A stretch of 64,000 bases of DNA from an uncultured delta proteobacterium. Lineage in GTDB: Bacteria; Desulfobacterota; Desulfomonilia; UBA1062. This document shows, piece after piece, positions 23,333 through 34,170 of the stretch. The notes below the pieces were generated by a model. It worked only from the letters and a program-made list of their open reading frames with translations. It had not been told where the DNA came from and made no database searches. Positions within the stretch are counted from its first letter, which is position 1, and every line of letters begins with the position of its first letter. The translations under genes and the position numbers were made by a program. Location of the stretch: the NCBI GenBank assembly GCA_963752595.1, contig CAVVYZ010000030.1, positions 96,001 through 160,000 of the forward strand, given 5' to 3'.

Positions 23333-24493
23333 ATGGCTGTACAGTTCATTGACTTACATACTCAGCAAACAAGGATTTATGATAAGATTCTGGAGAATAT
23401 CAAAAATGTCTTTTCTCATGGGCAATATATTATGGGTCCTGAAATCAAAATGCTGGAGAATCGATTGGGAGATTATGTCGGAGCGAAATATGCGGTTTCC
23501 TGCTCATCAGGAACCGATGCACTCCTGATGGCCCTTATGGCATATGGAGTTGGTCCCGGGGATGCCGTTTTCACCACCCCGTTTACTTTCGTAGCGACGG
23601 CCGAGGTAATTTCCTTGCTCGGTGCTACCCCGGTATTCGTCGACATCGATCCGGATACGTTCAATATCTCCCCTGCTCAAATCGATAAAGCTGTCACAGC
23701 ATTGGAGAACAAGGATCCGGGTATACATCCTCTACCAAAAGGATATGAGCAATTAAGGCCAAGAGGAGTCATTCCGGTGGATCTCTTCGGCCAGCCTGCA
23801 GATTATGAAAAGATCAATGCGATCGGCTCTGCTAGAAAACTCTTTGTCCTTGAGGATGCAGCGCAATCCTTTGGCGGAGAATATAAGGGGAAAAAGGCAT
23901 GCTCCCTCGCAGACATGGCAGCCACATCATTCTTTCCGGCAAAACCCCTTGGCTGCTATGGAGACGGCGGAATGGTGTTCACCGATAATGACGACTTGTA
24001 TGAACAGCTTACTTCTATCAGGGTACATGGAAAAGGCACTGACAAGTACGATAACATCAGGATCGGCATCAACGGCAGATGCGATACCCTCCAAGCAGCG
24101 ATTCTCCTGTCTAAATTCGAGATATTCCCTGAAGAGATCGATCTCAGGCAGAAGGTTGCCAAGCGCTATAGCGATTCGTTGAAGGATAGCCCAAACATCG
24201 AAACACCCCATATACAGAATGGCTTTCTTAGTGCCTGGGCGCAGTATTCGATCACCAGCAAAAAGAAAGAAGATATCTTAACTGCCCTCAAGAAGGCAGG
24301 CATTCCCACTGCTGTTTACTATCCCAAACCTCTCCATCTCCAGGGAGCGTACAGCTATCTGGGTCACAAGCCGGGTGATTTCCCTGTTTCAGAGGAAATA
24401 GCCGGTAAAATCTTCTCTCTGCCCATGCATCCGTATCTCACGGAGCAAGAGCAGAAGCAGATAACGGACGCAATCTTAAGTGCAGTAAGATAA
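23333..24493 (+). CDS. DegT/DnrJ/EryC1/StrS aminotransferase (WbpE-like)
   Basis: FIDL..Q, SSGTDAL, EDAAQSFG, SFFPAKPLGCYGDGG, SLPMHPYL. Confidence 0.93.
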   Translation: MAVQFIDLHTQQTRIYDKILENIKNVFSHGQYIMGPEIKMLENRLGDYVGAKYAVSCSSGTDALLMALMAYGVGPGDAVFTTPFTFVATAEVISLLGATPVFVDIDPDTFNISPAQIDKAVTALENKDPGIHPLPKGYEQLRPRGVIPVDLFGQPADYEKINAIGSARKLFVLEDAAQSFGGEYKGKKACSLADMAATSFFPAKPLGCYGDGGMVFTDNDDLYEQLTSIRVHGKGTDKYDNIRIGINGRCDTLQAAILLSKFEIFPEEIDLRQKVAKRYSDSLKDSPNIETPHIQNGFLSAWAQYSITSKKKEDILTALKKAGIPTAVYYPKPLHLQGAYSYLGHKPGDFPVSEEIAGKIFSLPMHPYLTEQEQKQITDAILSAVR

Positions 24494-24500
24494 CTCATGA

Positions 24501-26087
24501 ATGGAGGAGGTTGTTTTGGAGAACAGTAAAGCTTTAATAGCAGTTGTTGGTGCCGGATACTGGGGGAAAAATCTCGTAAGGAACTATGCCGAATTGGGAG
24601 TGTTGGGCGCTGTCTGTGACAGCAATCAGCAAACGCTTAATTCTTTCAATAAAGCATATCCCGAGATTAAATGCTTCACGAATTTCCAGGAACTTCTTTC
24701 CAATCAAAATATTAAGGCAGTCTCAATCGCAGCCCCGGCCGAAATGCATTTTTCATTAGCGCGAGAGGCCCTTCTCTCTGGAAAGGATGTGTTTGTTGAA
24801 AAGCCGTTGGCATTGAGCCTCTCTGATGCCCATGAACTGAAAGAGATCGCTGAAAAGAATAACAGAGTCCTTATGGTGGGACATCTTCTTCAATATCATT
24901 CGGCTTTTATCAAGCTGAAAGAGATCATACACAATGGAGATCTGGGTAGGATTCATTATATCTATTCAAACCGCCTCAGTTTTGGAAAGATCAGGAGGGA
25001 GGAGGATATCCTCTGGAGCTTTGCCCCTCACGACATTTCCATGATTCTCTCATTGGCTCAGGAGGAACCGGAGTATGTTATGGCAACCGGTGGAAACTAC
25101 CTCCACAAGAAGATCGCAGATGTTACCACAACCCATCTGGAGTTTCCCAGTGGATTGAAGGCACATGTCTTTGTTTCCTGGCTGCATCCTTTTAAAGAGC
25201 AGATGCTCGTTGTAGTAGGAGACAAGAATATGGCGGTATTCAGGGACACTGCATCCTGGGGAGAAAAGCTACTTCTCTACCCGCACAATATTTCATGGCA
25301 TGATGGAATCCCCGAGCCGGAAAAAGGTGATGCCAAAAGCGTGGAGGTCGAAAAGAGCGAGCCGCTTAAAGCTGAATGCGCACATTTCATCGAGTGTATT
25401 ACTTCAAGGAAGAAGCCTGTTACCGACGCTCAGGAAGGAATTGAAGTGCTTAGAATTCTCAAAGCGAGCCAGGATTCTCTCCTCAACAATGGAAAGAAAA
25501 TATCTCTGAAGGAAATGCTCAAGAAGAAGGACACTTTTTTTGCCCATGAGACGTGTTGCATCGATGATGGGGTTGCCATCGGAACAGGGACAAAAGTTTG
25601 GCATTTCAGCCACATACTCAAAGGATCCAGCATAGGGAAAAACTGCAGTATAGGGCAGAACGTGGTGATCGGTCCTGATGCAAAGATCGCAAACGGTTGC
25701 AAGATCCAGAATAATGTTTCTGTATACAAAGGTGTTACCCTAGAAGATAATGTTTTTTGCGGCCCTTCAATGGTCTTTACCAATGTGTTTAATCCTCGGG
25801 CACACATCCCGCGCATGGATGAGATGCGGACTACATTGGTAAAGACAGGCGCCACCATCGGAGCGAATGCCACCATCGTTTGCGGCTATACCATCGGGGC
25901 CTATGCATTTATTGGAGCGGGGGCAGTCATAACCCGGGGCGCTCCCGATTATGCCCTCATGGTGGGCAACCCTGCCAAACAGATCGGGTGGATGTGTGAA
26001 TGCGGAAACAGGCTCGATGATGGTTTCAACTGTTCGTATTGCGGAAAAAGGTATGAGCAATCGCAGGAAGGATTATCGCCGGTTTAA
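24501..26087 (+). CDS. Gfo/Idh/MocA dehydrogenase (WbpB-like) fused to a hexapeptide N-acetyltransferase (WbpD-like)
   Basis: GAGYWG, VEKP, PHD in the N-terminal part; [42 protein letters not shown] in the C-terminal part. Confidence 0.92.
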   Translation: MEEVVLENSKALIAVVGAGYWGKNLVRNYAELGVLGAVCDSNQQTLNSFNKAYPEIKCFTNFQELLSNQNIKAVSIAAPAEMHFSLAREALLSGKDVFVEKPLALSLSDAHELKEIAEKNNRVLMVGHLLQYHSAFIKLKEIIHNGDLGRIHYIYSNRLSFGKIRREEDILWSFAPHDISMILSLAQEEPEYVMATGGNYLHKKIADVTTTHLEFPSGLKAHVFVSWLHPFKEQMLVVVGDKNMAVFRDTASWGEKLLLYPHNISWHDGIPEPEKGDAKSVEVEKSEPLKAECAHFIECITSRKKPVTDAQEGIEVLRILKASQDSLLNNGKKISLKEMLKKKDTFFAHETCCIDDGVAIGTGTKVWHFSHILKGSSIGKNCSIGQNVVIGPDAKIANGCKIQNNVSVYKGVTLEDNVFCGPSMVFTNVFNPRAHIPRMDEMRTTLVKTGATIGANATIVCGYTIGAYAFIGAGAVITRGAPDYALMVGNPAKQIGWMCECGNRLDDGFNCSYCGKRYEQSQEGLSPV

Positions 26088-26218
26088 GCCATTGGGCAAA
26101 TTTTCTATGAGCCTGAACGCTGCAATGCAATCAAGGAGACCCACGATTACATCAGGAGGGAGCTACCGGAGCGTAGCGGTAAATGCTTTTGGGGGTAATT
26201 ACGCAAAGGGCTTAGGAG

Positions 26219-27043
26219 GTGGATGTGGAAAAGAATAATCCAAACGAATGCTGTCAAGCTGACGAGATCGATCTGTATGACCTGTGGCTTGTATTGAAAA
26301 AAAGGAGGATCACGATCCTCCTCATAGCCTTGATATCCTTAAGTGCCGCCTTCGCATACGCAGTACTGGCGCCGAAGGTCTACCGGATCACCAATACCGT
26401 TGTCATTAACCAGATACAGGAGAAGGATGAGGTGGAGCTCATCAACCCGGAAGAGATCATTGCTGTCTTGGCTGATCTCGATACGCTCCTGAAACACCAG
26501 AAGGAAAAGGCGGCGCATCTACTGAACATGCAGGGTAAGGACCTGAATGGAATCAGGAATATCAAGGCCTCTAGGGGCAAGAACTTGAATGTAGTACGGG
26601 TAGATATAGAAACACTCGACAGCAGAGCAGGCATTGCTCTCATGGAAGCATTGCCGGGTTATCTACAGTGGATCCCCAATATAGCGGTCAAACTGGACAT
26701 GCAGAAGGTGCTCATGGAAAAGAACAGGGATGATCTGAAGGCCATCATAGACGATCCAATGAGAGACCTGAAACTATCCCCTAATACGGTCGTATACGTG
26801 CCCTCCATTGACCTGTACACACTACGTGAGAAGTATAATCGTTTGAACATGATGATGGAGAAGATGGAAAAAGGCCAGATAGTTTTTCTTGTCTGGAAGA
26901 ATGAGCCGTCTGAGAAGCAATACAAGCCGAAGAGGGTGATGAGTGTCCTGTTAGGTCTGGTTTTGGGAAGCTTTCTCGGATTCTTTGTCGCTATTTTCCT
27001 TGAATGGTCGGGTAATGCCCGACGAGTAAGAGGGTTTAAGTAA
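26219..27043 (+). CDS. wzz: Chain-length determinant
   Basis: DEIDLYDLW N-terminal motif, two terminal TM helices, Pro-rich KPKR and a Gly-rich C-terminal TM. Confidence 0.85.
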   Translation: MDVEKNNPNECCQADEIDLYDLWLVLKKRRITILLIALISLSAAFAYAVLAPKVYRITNTVVINQIQEKDEVELINPEEIIAVLADLDTLLKHQKEKAAHLLNMQGKDLNGIRNIKASRGKNLNVVRVDIETLDSRAGIALMEALPGYLQWIPNIAVKLDMQKVLMEKNRDDLKAIIDDPMRDLKLSPNTVVYVPSIDLYTLREKYNRLNMMMEKMEKGQIVFLVWKNEPSEKQYKPKRVMSVLLGLVLGSFLGFFVAIFLEWSGNARRVRGFK

Positions 27044-27219
27044 ATGCACTTCAGAACGGTTTTCCATTTCTGATTAAGGGGACTTGCCATGGAAGATTCA
27101 ATATTAAAATATGTTAAATGATTTTCTGGAATTATGAAAAGATCTAGTTTTATCTCACGATATTAAGAATAATCGTAGCAATAAAATGTAACCAAAATAA
27201 TAGCTAAAAATTCACAACA

Positions 27220-28548
27220 ATGTTGAAAAACTTTTTACAAGCTGGATTTGGCGGTTTTTTTAGCCAAGTAATTGTTTTTTTATCGCTACCATTTATTACA
27301 AGACTTTATACACCAGCCACCTATGCAACGTGGGCAATCGTTATGGCAACGGCAGGTATTTTAGGCGCGGTCGCCTGTTTTCGCTATGAGTTAGCGATTG
27401 TTACCTCGAATGATGAAAATGATGCCAGTTCAATTTTCTGGGGATGTATTATATCATCCCTGTTAGTCGGCATAATAATTTTCGGCAGCTATTTTATCTT
27501 TGCGCATCAGAGTTATTTCAATATAGGCAGAATTAAATTCAATCTTCTCCATCATTTTATTTTTATATCTTTAATGGCGGCATTAATGGGCATTGGCGCC
27601 ACTTTGCAGTATTGGAACACACGCCATAAATCGTTCTTTCACAACTCCATTGCGCTCGTCGCGTCATCCTGCATCACAGTTATCATTCAGCTATTATGGG
27701 CATTTAAAATTTCACCCTCACCTTATGGTCTTTTACTTGGCAGCATTGGTGGGTTGTTAACAGCGATAATATTTCAGTTGTCCGCGATATTTTTAACTAA
27801 AACAATCCCCGCATTGAACCTGACAATCATAAGACGCATCTTTGTGTGTTTGAAACAGCAACGGCGGTTTCTTCAATATTCGACGCCTTATGCGCTGTTT
27901 GGTGTTATCAGGGATAGGGCAACCATTCTCGTGATGGAGATGTTCTTACCGATGCAGGCCGTTGGTTTATATGCACTTGCCTATCGGGTGATGAATTTTC
28001 CTGTGACTCTTGTAAGTAATGCTTTAAGACCGGTTTTTTTCCAGGCCTGTTCATCACAAGGTGTTAAGGCAATAGAATCTCAATTGAATAAAATTATGAA
28101 ATGGCTAGTCGTTCTTGCGATGCCTTGTATGGTTTTCTATTTTTATTTTGCTAACGATCTATTCACGTTATTTTTTGGTCCACAGTGGCAAGGGGCAGGG
28201 CATATCGGCAAATTTTTGATCTTTCCGGTTGTGACATTTTTATTGGTAAACTGGATGGATCGCATTATGGACGTGCTGGGAGAGCAAAAGCTGACCTTAC
28301 TACTGGAAATAACATTTTCGACACTTTCTATATTTGGGCTATGGTTAGGTTTTTTCTTGCAATTGGGCTTAACTGGCGCTTTATTAATTCAATGCAGTGT
28401 CCTCGTGTTATATAATATTGTTTACTTGATGATCGCCTATGGAAAAGCTAACTATAATAGAATTAAGCTCTTTAAACTAATGCCTTCGGCTCTTGTAATA
28501 TCGGGAATAACAGTTTTTACTTTGGAAATTTTAAAGATGATTTTTTAA
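27220..28548 (+). CDS. wzx: O-antigen flippase
   Basis: PFITRLYTP, RYELAI, VGLYALAYR, FGPQW; polytopic membrane protein. Confidence 0.88.
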   Translation: MLKNFLQAGFGGFFSQVIVFLSLPFITRLYTPATYATWAIVMATAGILGAVACFRYELAIVTSNDENDASSIFWGCIISSLLVGIIIFGSYFIFAHQSYFNIGRIKFNLLHHFIFISLMAALMGIGATLQYWNTRHKSFFHNSIALVASSCITVIIQLLWAFKISPSPYGLLLGSIGGLLTAIIFQLSAIFLTKTIPALNLTIIRRIFVCLKQQRRFLQYSTPYALFGVIRDRATILVMEMFLPMQAVGLYALAYRVMNFPVTLVSNALRPVFFQACSSQGVKAIESQLNKIMKWLVVLAMPCMVFYFYFANDLFTLFFGPQWQGAGHIGKFLIFPVVTFLLVNWMDRIMDVLGEQKLTLLLEITFSTLSIFGLWLGFFLQLGLTGALLIQCSVLVLYNIVYLMIAYGKANYNRIKLFKLMPSALVISGITVFTLEILKMIF

Positions 28549-28572
28549 GTATTCGATTTAACGAATAACCAA

Positions 28573-29877
28573 ATGTCACGCAAAAGAATATCTGAAATTG
28601 CGGTAAGTTTTGTTGTCGCTCTCGTTATATATGGGTCATTTTATTATATTTATAAAATTTCGATATCCCCTGCACAGTTATATCAGAACTTCAATTTCAG
28701 GGAATTAACATGTGAGGTACATGCGATTGCCATCGGTTTTTTTTTATTACCCCTTTTATGGCTTCCGATTAAGCCTAAAAGACCATCTGATATGACCATC
28801 TGGCTTTTGTATATGTTTTCATATGCGCCAACGACCTTTATGTGCTTTCATATTATGAAAAATCCTTTTCCAGACGCGATATATTTACTAGCAACCTTGC
28901 TCATAGCACTTATTATTGTTGACCTTTTCAGACGTCACCACATCAAATTAATCATTCATTCAGATGTTTCAATTAAATTGCCATTGGATAAAATTATTAT
29001 TATGTTGTTGGTTCTTCTATGTGCATATGTTATCTATCTGATAAGATTTAATTTTAATCTTGATTTCGAAAATATTTATGTCAGACGGCTTGCCGTTCAA
29101 GAATCTTCTACAATACTTTCTGGATATATTCTTGCCTTTGGCAGATCAGTAATTATGATTTTTTCTGTTTATATGGCATTTGTTAAAAAATCAAAAATTG
29201 CATTTCTTGCATTGATTATTTTATCAGTAGGCATATTTTCATATGATGGAACGAAAGCTTCTTTGATTGTTCCCATGTTTTTGGTTTTGATCTATTTTCT
29301 GACTATTTATAAGAAAAGCAATGTTATGTTGAATATTATTTTGCTAAGCTTAATTTTATTATCAATTATTGAATTTGTCCGCCTTGATTCTAATATAATC
29401 AGTTCCTTCTTTACTCGAAGGATATTCGCAGTTCCCGGATTTCTAAATACAGCATTCTGGGAATATTATTCTGCTCATGACAAAGTAATGATGGCTGATT
29501 CTATAGGCAGATTTTTTGTTGATTCTTCGAATGTGATGGCTTCTACATTTGTAATCGGATATGAATATCTTAACAATTCGGAAACCAACGCAAATACAGG
29601 TACCTGGATGGGTGGTTATGCGCATTTCGGATTGATTGGTGTGATTTTGATGTCTATGTTGGCTGGCTTTATCATCGGTTTGGTTGATAATTTAACCAAA
29701 GTAAAATTTGCTATTCTTGGTTATCTGGTTTGTACCTATATTGGAATTCTGTGGTCGGAACAAATGCTCCATACTTCCATGTTGACAGGTGGCATTTTTT
29801 ACATCTTGATATTTTTGTTTATATATTGCAATCCAAACATAATAAACAGCAAAATAAATTATTGCAGCGGCAATTAA
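28573..29877 (+). CDS. wzy: Putative O-antigen polymerase; last codons contributed by an inserted element
   Basis: About 11 hydrophobic segments, AT-rich, located after wzz-wzx; RRIFAVP and N.NTG..MGGYAHFG..G periplasmic-loop pattern. Confidence 0.65.
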   Translation: MSRKRISEIAVSFVVALVIYGSFYYIYKISISPAQLYQNFNFRELTCEVHAIAIGFFLLPLLWLPIKPKRPSDMTIWLLYMFSYAPTTFMCFHIMKNPFPDAIYLLATLLIALIIVDLFRRHHIKLIIHSDVSIKLPLDKIIIMLLVLLCAYVIYLIRFNFNLDFENIYVRRLAVQESSTILSGYILAFGRSVIMIFSVYMAFVKKSKIAFLALIILSVGIFSYDGTKASLIVPMFLVLIYFLTIYKKSNVMLNIILLSLILLSIIEFVRLDSNIISSFFTRRIFAVPGFLNTAFWEYYSAHDKVMMADSIGRFFVDSSNVMASTFVIGYEYLNNSETNANTGTWMGGYAHFGLIGVILMSMLAGFIIGLVDNLTKVKFAILGYLVCTYIGILWSEQMLHTSMLTGGIFYILIFLFIYCNPNIINSKINYCSGN

Positions 29878-30162
29878 AGAAATGAACATAAGCCTGGGCA
29901 AGAATCGTTTAGGATTCAGATGAATAATTGCCGCTACTATAATTGCGTTCAATATGAAGCGGTCATACTTTGCGGGGTTAAGGCAGCCTGCACATGCAAC
30001 GGCTTTCTAGGGACAGGTGTGTCCGGAGCATGGAAATACTACCGGATATGAGAGAATTGGGGATGATTTTGGCTGGGAATTGAGACCTTTTTCTTGAGAA
30101 ACTGATGAAAAAATACCAATCACCCCCAGATAAACGCTTCTTGCCGGATTGCGCAAAGGTCT
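29860..30162 (+). repeat. ~300 bp direct repeat of 38433-38735 (78-bp micro-MITE plus IS5 3' end and right IR)
   Basis: Near-identical by eye from TATTGCAGCGGCAATT to CGCAAAGGTCT; one G/A difference seen near the IR. Confidence 0.95.
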
Positions 30163-30328
30163 TACATTGGCATAATTTAAACGACATCGCTATCAATGTA
30201 TTTGCGAAAAAGAAGCCGCGGACTTTGTTTGTTCAAACCTCTCAATATATTTGGAATAATAACGAAAGATATTATGTTACATGGTACTAGCCTAAACCAA
30301 TAAAAATAATTATAAGGTAAAATAAAAA

Positions 30329-31489
30329 ATGACATTTCAGAAAACATTAAAAGATGATTATCAGATTTGTACACGTTGTGTGATGGATACAACAGACACT
30401 GGAATCACCTTTGGTTCAGATGGTGTGTGCAACCACTGCCGTGAATTTGATGAGGTAACAAGCAAATGGTGGTTTCCAAATGAAGAAGGCGCAAAGCGTC
30501 TATCTGTCATTATTGACCGGATTCGTGCGGCCGGGAAAAATCAGACATATGATTGCATCATCGGGTTAAGCGGCGGGATTGACAGTTCCTATCTTGCGCT
30601 AAAAGTCTATGAATGGGGTTTGAGGCCATTGGTAGTACACGTTGACGCGGGATGGAACAGCGAACTAGCTGTGGCCAATATCGAGAAGGTCATCAAATAT
30701 TGTGGCTATCATCTGCACACGCATGTAGTGGACTGGGGGGAAATGCGCGATTTACAGCTAGCCTATATGCGTGCCGGTGTCGCCAATCAAGATGTCCCAC
30801 AGGATCACGTATTCTTTGCCAGCATGTATCATTTTGCAATCCAACACCGGATTAAATATATATTAACTGGAGGAAATATTGCAACAGAATGTATCGCCCC
30901 AAAATCATGGCATGGTAGCGCAATGGATGCTATTAACCTAAAAGCTATTCATCGAAAGTATGGAGAGAGGGCTTTGAAAACTTATAACACTATAAGTTTC
31001 TTCCAATGCTATATCAGGTATCCCTTTATAAAAAAGATGCGGACTGTGCGTCCACTTAACTATATGCCTTACAATAAAGAGGCCGCAATTGATGAAATGC
31101 AGCGCTTAGTTGGATGGCGCTCTTATGGTCGCAAGCATGGCGAATCCATATTTACTAAACTTTTCCAGAACTACTATCTGCCGGCTAATTTTGGGTATGA
31201 TAAGCGTCGTCCCCATTTGTCCAGCCTCATAGTTACAGGTCAATTGACGCGTGAAGAGGCGCTGCGCAAATTGGAGGAACCACTTTATGATCCCTTGGAG
31301 CTTGAACGTGATATCGAATACTTATGCAAAAAATTACAGATAACCAGGAATCAATTTAAAGAGTTCATAAATGCGCCTTCACATCATTATACAGACTTTC
31401 CAAACTGGGACAGACGCTATCAAACACTCAAAGGCATCCAATCATTAGTTGCTCGTTTGTTGGGTCGCGAGATAAGGGTTTATTCTTGA
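30329..31489 (+). CDS. N-acetyl sugar amidotransferase (WbpG/WbuX family)
   Basis: CTRCVMD..CNHC, PP-loop [30 protein letters not shown]. Confidence 0.93.
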   Translation: MTFQKTLKDDYQICTRCVMDTTDTGITFGSDGVCNHCREFDEVTSKWWFPNEEGAKRLSVIIDRIRAAGKNQTYDCIIGLSGGIDSSYLALKVYEWGLRPLVVHVDAGWNSELAVANIEKVIKYCGYHLHTHVVDWGEMRDLQLAYMRAGVANQDVPQDHVFFASMYHFAIQHRIKYILTGGNIATECIAPKSWHGSAMDAINLKAIHRKYGERALKTYNTISFFQCYIRYPFIKKMRTVRPLNYMPYNKEAAIDEMQRLVGWRSYGRKHGESIFTKLFQNYYLPANFGYDKRRPHLSSLIVTGQLTREEALRKLEEPLYDPLELERDIEYLCKKLQITRNQFKEFINAPSHHYTDFPNWDRRYQTLKGIQSLVARLLGREIRVYS

Positions 31490-31596
31490 ATTAATGAAAA
31501 GCAGGGTATTATTAAATATACACTAGATCAACTTAACAATGTTTCGATCCTAAAAAATATTGGTTCTATGACCTATTTATTTGCGATGATAATAAG

Positions 31597-32223
31597 ATGA
31601 TCTCAATACTAAATTACGGAATGGGCAATCTTGCTTCCGTCCATAATATGTTTAAAAAAGTGGGAGTACCCAGCAGGGAGATCATGACCGCAGATGCAAT
31701 TAATACTGCACAGGCACTGGTTATTCCTGGTGTTGGCAAGTTTGATCATGCCATGCGTCAGATCACGTCCATGGGGCTGCGGGAAGCTCTAGATCAAGCA
31801 GCACTTGTTCGAAAAATTCCTATACTTGGTATTTGCTTGGGTATGCAGCTTATGACACGCAGCAGTGAGGAAGGACTGTTACCAGGGTTGGGATGGATCA
31901 AAGCTGACACCAGACTGATTGATGGCACTAACCAGAATCTGCGCGTACCACACATGGGCTGGAACTTAGTGAAGATTGAAAAATCCAGTCCCTATTTTGA
32001 GGATTATTTTACGGAGCATCGTTTTTATTTTGTGCATTCCTACGCAGTGCAGTGTGATGATCTTGCCGATATTCTAACGACCACAGAATATGCGAGTAAA
32101 TTTGTCTCCTCGTTTTATGTTGATAATTTTGTCGGTGTCCAGTTTCACCCGGAAAAGAGCCATAAGTTCGGCGCGCATTTTCTTTATCGATTTGCCATGG
32201 CACATGGTTTGGGTGCTTCATGA
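31597..32223 (+). CDS. hisH: Glutamine amidotransferase subunit, HisH paralog of LPS clusters (HisH2/WbuY-like)
   Basis: YGMGNL, PGVG, GICLGMQ, PHMGWN, YFVHSY, QFHPEKS. Confidence 0.92.
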   Translation: MISILNYGMGNLASVHNMFKKVGVPSREIMTADAINTAQALVIPGVGKFDHAMRQITSMGLREALDQAALVRKIPILGICLGMQLMTRSSEEGLLPGLGWIKADTRLIDGTNQNLRVPHMGWNLVKIEKSSPYFEDYFTEHRFYFVHSYAVQCDDLADILTTTEYASKFVSSFYVDNFVGVQFHPEKSHKFGAHFLYRFAMAHGLGAS

Positions 32224-32341
32224 TGCCATAAATTATGAGAGAGGTTGTTCTATCCATACTAAATAAGTGCATGCAAAAAATGACACAGTGCGCAATATAT
32301 GCCCATTTATTAGTAACCTTTTTAAAGGCTAGGATTAGAGT

Positions 32342-33112
32342 ATGTTGCTGAAAAATCGTGTCATTCCTTGTCTTTTACTTAGTAACGGCGGCTTGATTAA
32401 AACACGCAAATTTGCCAGCCCTAAGTATATAGGTGATCCTATCAATGCCATCCGCATCTTTAACGAGAAAGAAGTGGATGAGTTAATGGTGTTGGACATC
32501 ACTGCCAGCAGGGAGCAGCGCGAGCCCGATTATGACTTCATAGCGCAGTTTGCAGGCGAATGTTTTATGCCTTTAGCCTATGGGGGTGGCATTAGAACTA
32601 TAGAACAGGCGAGGCAGGTGTTTGCTCTTGGTGTGGAAAAGATATGTCTGCAGACGGCCGCTTTGGAAGATGTTTCGCTAATCAGCTGTTTGGCAGATCA
32701 GTTTGGCCAACAGAGCGTGATGGTGTCCGTTGATGTCAAGAAGGATTTGTTGGGTCGCCATAAACTATACTCCGCTGCAACTGGAAAAACATTGCCGGGT
32801 GATTGGGTCACTTATATGATGCAAGCTGTGCAATTCGGTGCAGGTGAAGTTTTGCTGAATGCTGTTGATCGTGATGGCATAATGCAAGGCATGGACTTGG
32901 TGATGATCAGAAGGGCTGCGGAATTGATTGCCGTGCCGTTAATAGCTGTTGGTGGTGTTGGCAGTTTGGCTGATATCAGGGCCGCTGTTGATGCAGGAGC
33001 AAGTGCTGTAGCAGCAGGTGCCTTTTTCGTATTTCATGGCCCCCACCGGGCCGTGCTTATTACATATCCAAGCTATAATGAGCTTAAAGATACTTTGATA
33101 CCTGTTTTGTGA
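32342..33112 (+). CDS. hisF: Cyclase-like subunit, HisF paralog of LPS clusters (HisF2/WbuZ/AglZ-like)
   Basis: RVIPCLL, YIGDPINAIRIFNEKEVDEL, ECFMPLAYGGG, HRAVLITY. Confidence 0.92.
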   Translation: MLLKNRVIPCLLLSNGGLIKTRKFASPKYIGDPINAIRIFNEKEVDELMVLDITASREQREPDYDFIAQFAGECFMPLAYGGGIRTIEQARQVFALGVEKICLQTAALEDVSLISCLADQFGQQSVMVSVDVKKDLLGRHKLYSAATGKTLPGDWVTYMMQAVQFGAGEVLLNAVDRDGIMQGMDLVMIRRAAELIAVPLIAVGGVGSLADIRAAVDAGASAVAAGAFFVFHGPHRAVLITYPSYNELKDTLIPVL

Positions 33113-33222
33113 TGTGACATTCATGACCGCAACACCAGCAAGAAAATAGCCCTTGAGCCTTAGACCTGGTTTATTTCAGTCAATACTTTTTATAAAAATA
33201 TTTTAAACAGTAAGGGAAATTG

Positions 33223-34094
33223 GGGTGTGTTTGCAAAGCTCATAACCAGAGGAATATAGCACCGATGACCCACATGGAGCGATAACTGTCTGCTCGTTTA
33301 TCATATCTTGTTGCTATGGAGCGGAATTGTTTGAGCCTGTTGATGAGCCGTTCGATCCGGTTTCTCATCCGATAGGCTGCACGGTCGAATGGGCCACCCC
33401 GTTTATTATTGCTCTTCCTCGGGATCGTTACATGGATGCCATGTTTCTTAAGATACTCTCTGATCCACTGGGCGCTATATCCCTTGTCTCCGACGATGCG
33501 TTCGGGGCGATTTCTTGGTCTCCCTCCATGGAGCCGATTGATCGACCCATGTTCCATAAGGTCAAGGAAAGCTGTGGTGTCATGAGCTTCGCCGGGAGTA
33601 AGGGCAACCGTTATCGGTTTGCCTTCCCCTTCCGCCCGGAGGTGGACCTTGGTCGAGAACCCACCTCGACTACGGCCAAGAGCCTCTTCTCTCTGCCCCC
33701 TTTTTTTGCACCCGCTGCATTCTGGTGTGCTCTTACAACCGTGGTATCAACGAAATGGACCTCCCAATCCACATTTCCTTCCGAATCCGAGTCGGCCTGC
33801 AGCTCAGAGAGTATCCGGTCCCATACCCCGGCATCTCTCCACCTGCGAAAACGACTGTGTATGGTCGACCATGACCCGTATCTCTCCGGGATATCCCGCC
33901 AGGGCGCCCCGGTCTTTACCTTCCAGAGGATCCCGTTGATGATCTTACGATGGTCTTCCGCGGGCCGTCCTGTTTCTGGTTTCCGGGCCGGGAGATATCC
34001 TTTGAGCTTTTCCCATTGCTTCTCTGTGAGTTCATGCCTTCTGTTCATTCCTATTTTGATGCTGTGGCTTAGTATTAAGTTTGCACACACACCG
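33223..34094 (-). mobile_element. IS5-family (IS427 group-like) insertion sequence
   Basis: IRs GGTGTGTTTGCAAA (33224) and TTTGCACACACACC (ending 34093); two-ORF transposase inside. Ends are accurate to about 2 bp. Confidence 0.88.
33240..34048 (-). CDS. IS5/IS427-type transposase (OrfA+OrfB) joined by a -1 frameshift at A7G
   Basis: OrfA LTEKQW..TGAPWRDIPERYG..VDTTVVRAHQ. The -1 frame reads ALGRSRGGFSTKVH..GDKGY..YRMRNRIER..LKQFRSIATRYDK without further interruption. Confidence 0.9.
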
Positions 34095-34170
34095 TAGTTG
34101 AATGTGGACACTTATTTGTCTAAAAATATCTTATAAATCTGAATTATTGGATCAAGGGATGTAAATATAA

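Noticed and set aside
31597-33112. Histidine biosynthesis operon
   Set aside because: No other his genes are present; the motifs and position after a WbpG-like gene mark the LPS-type paralogs.
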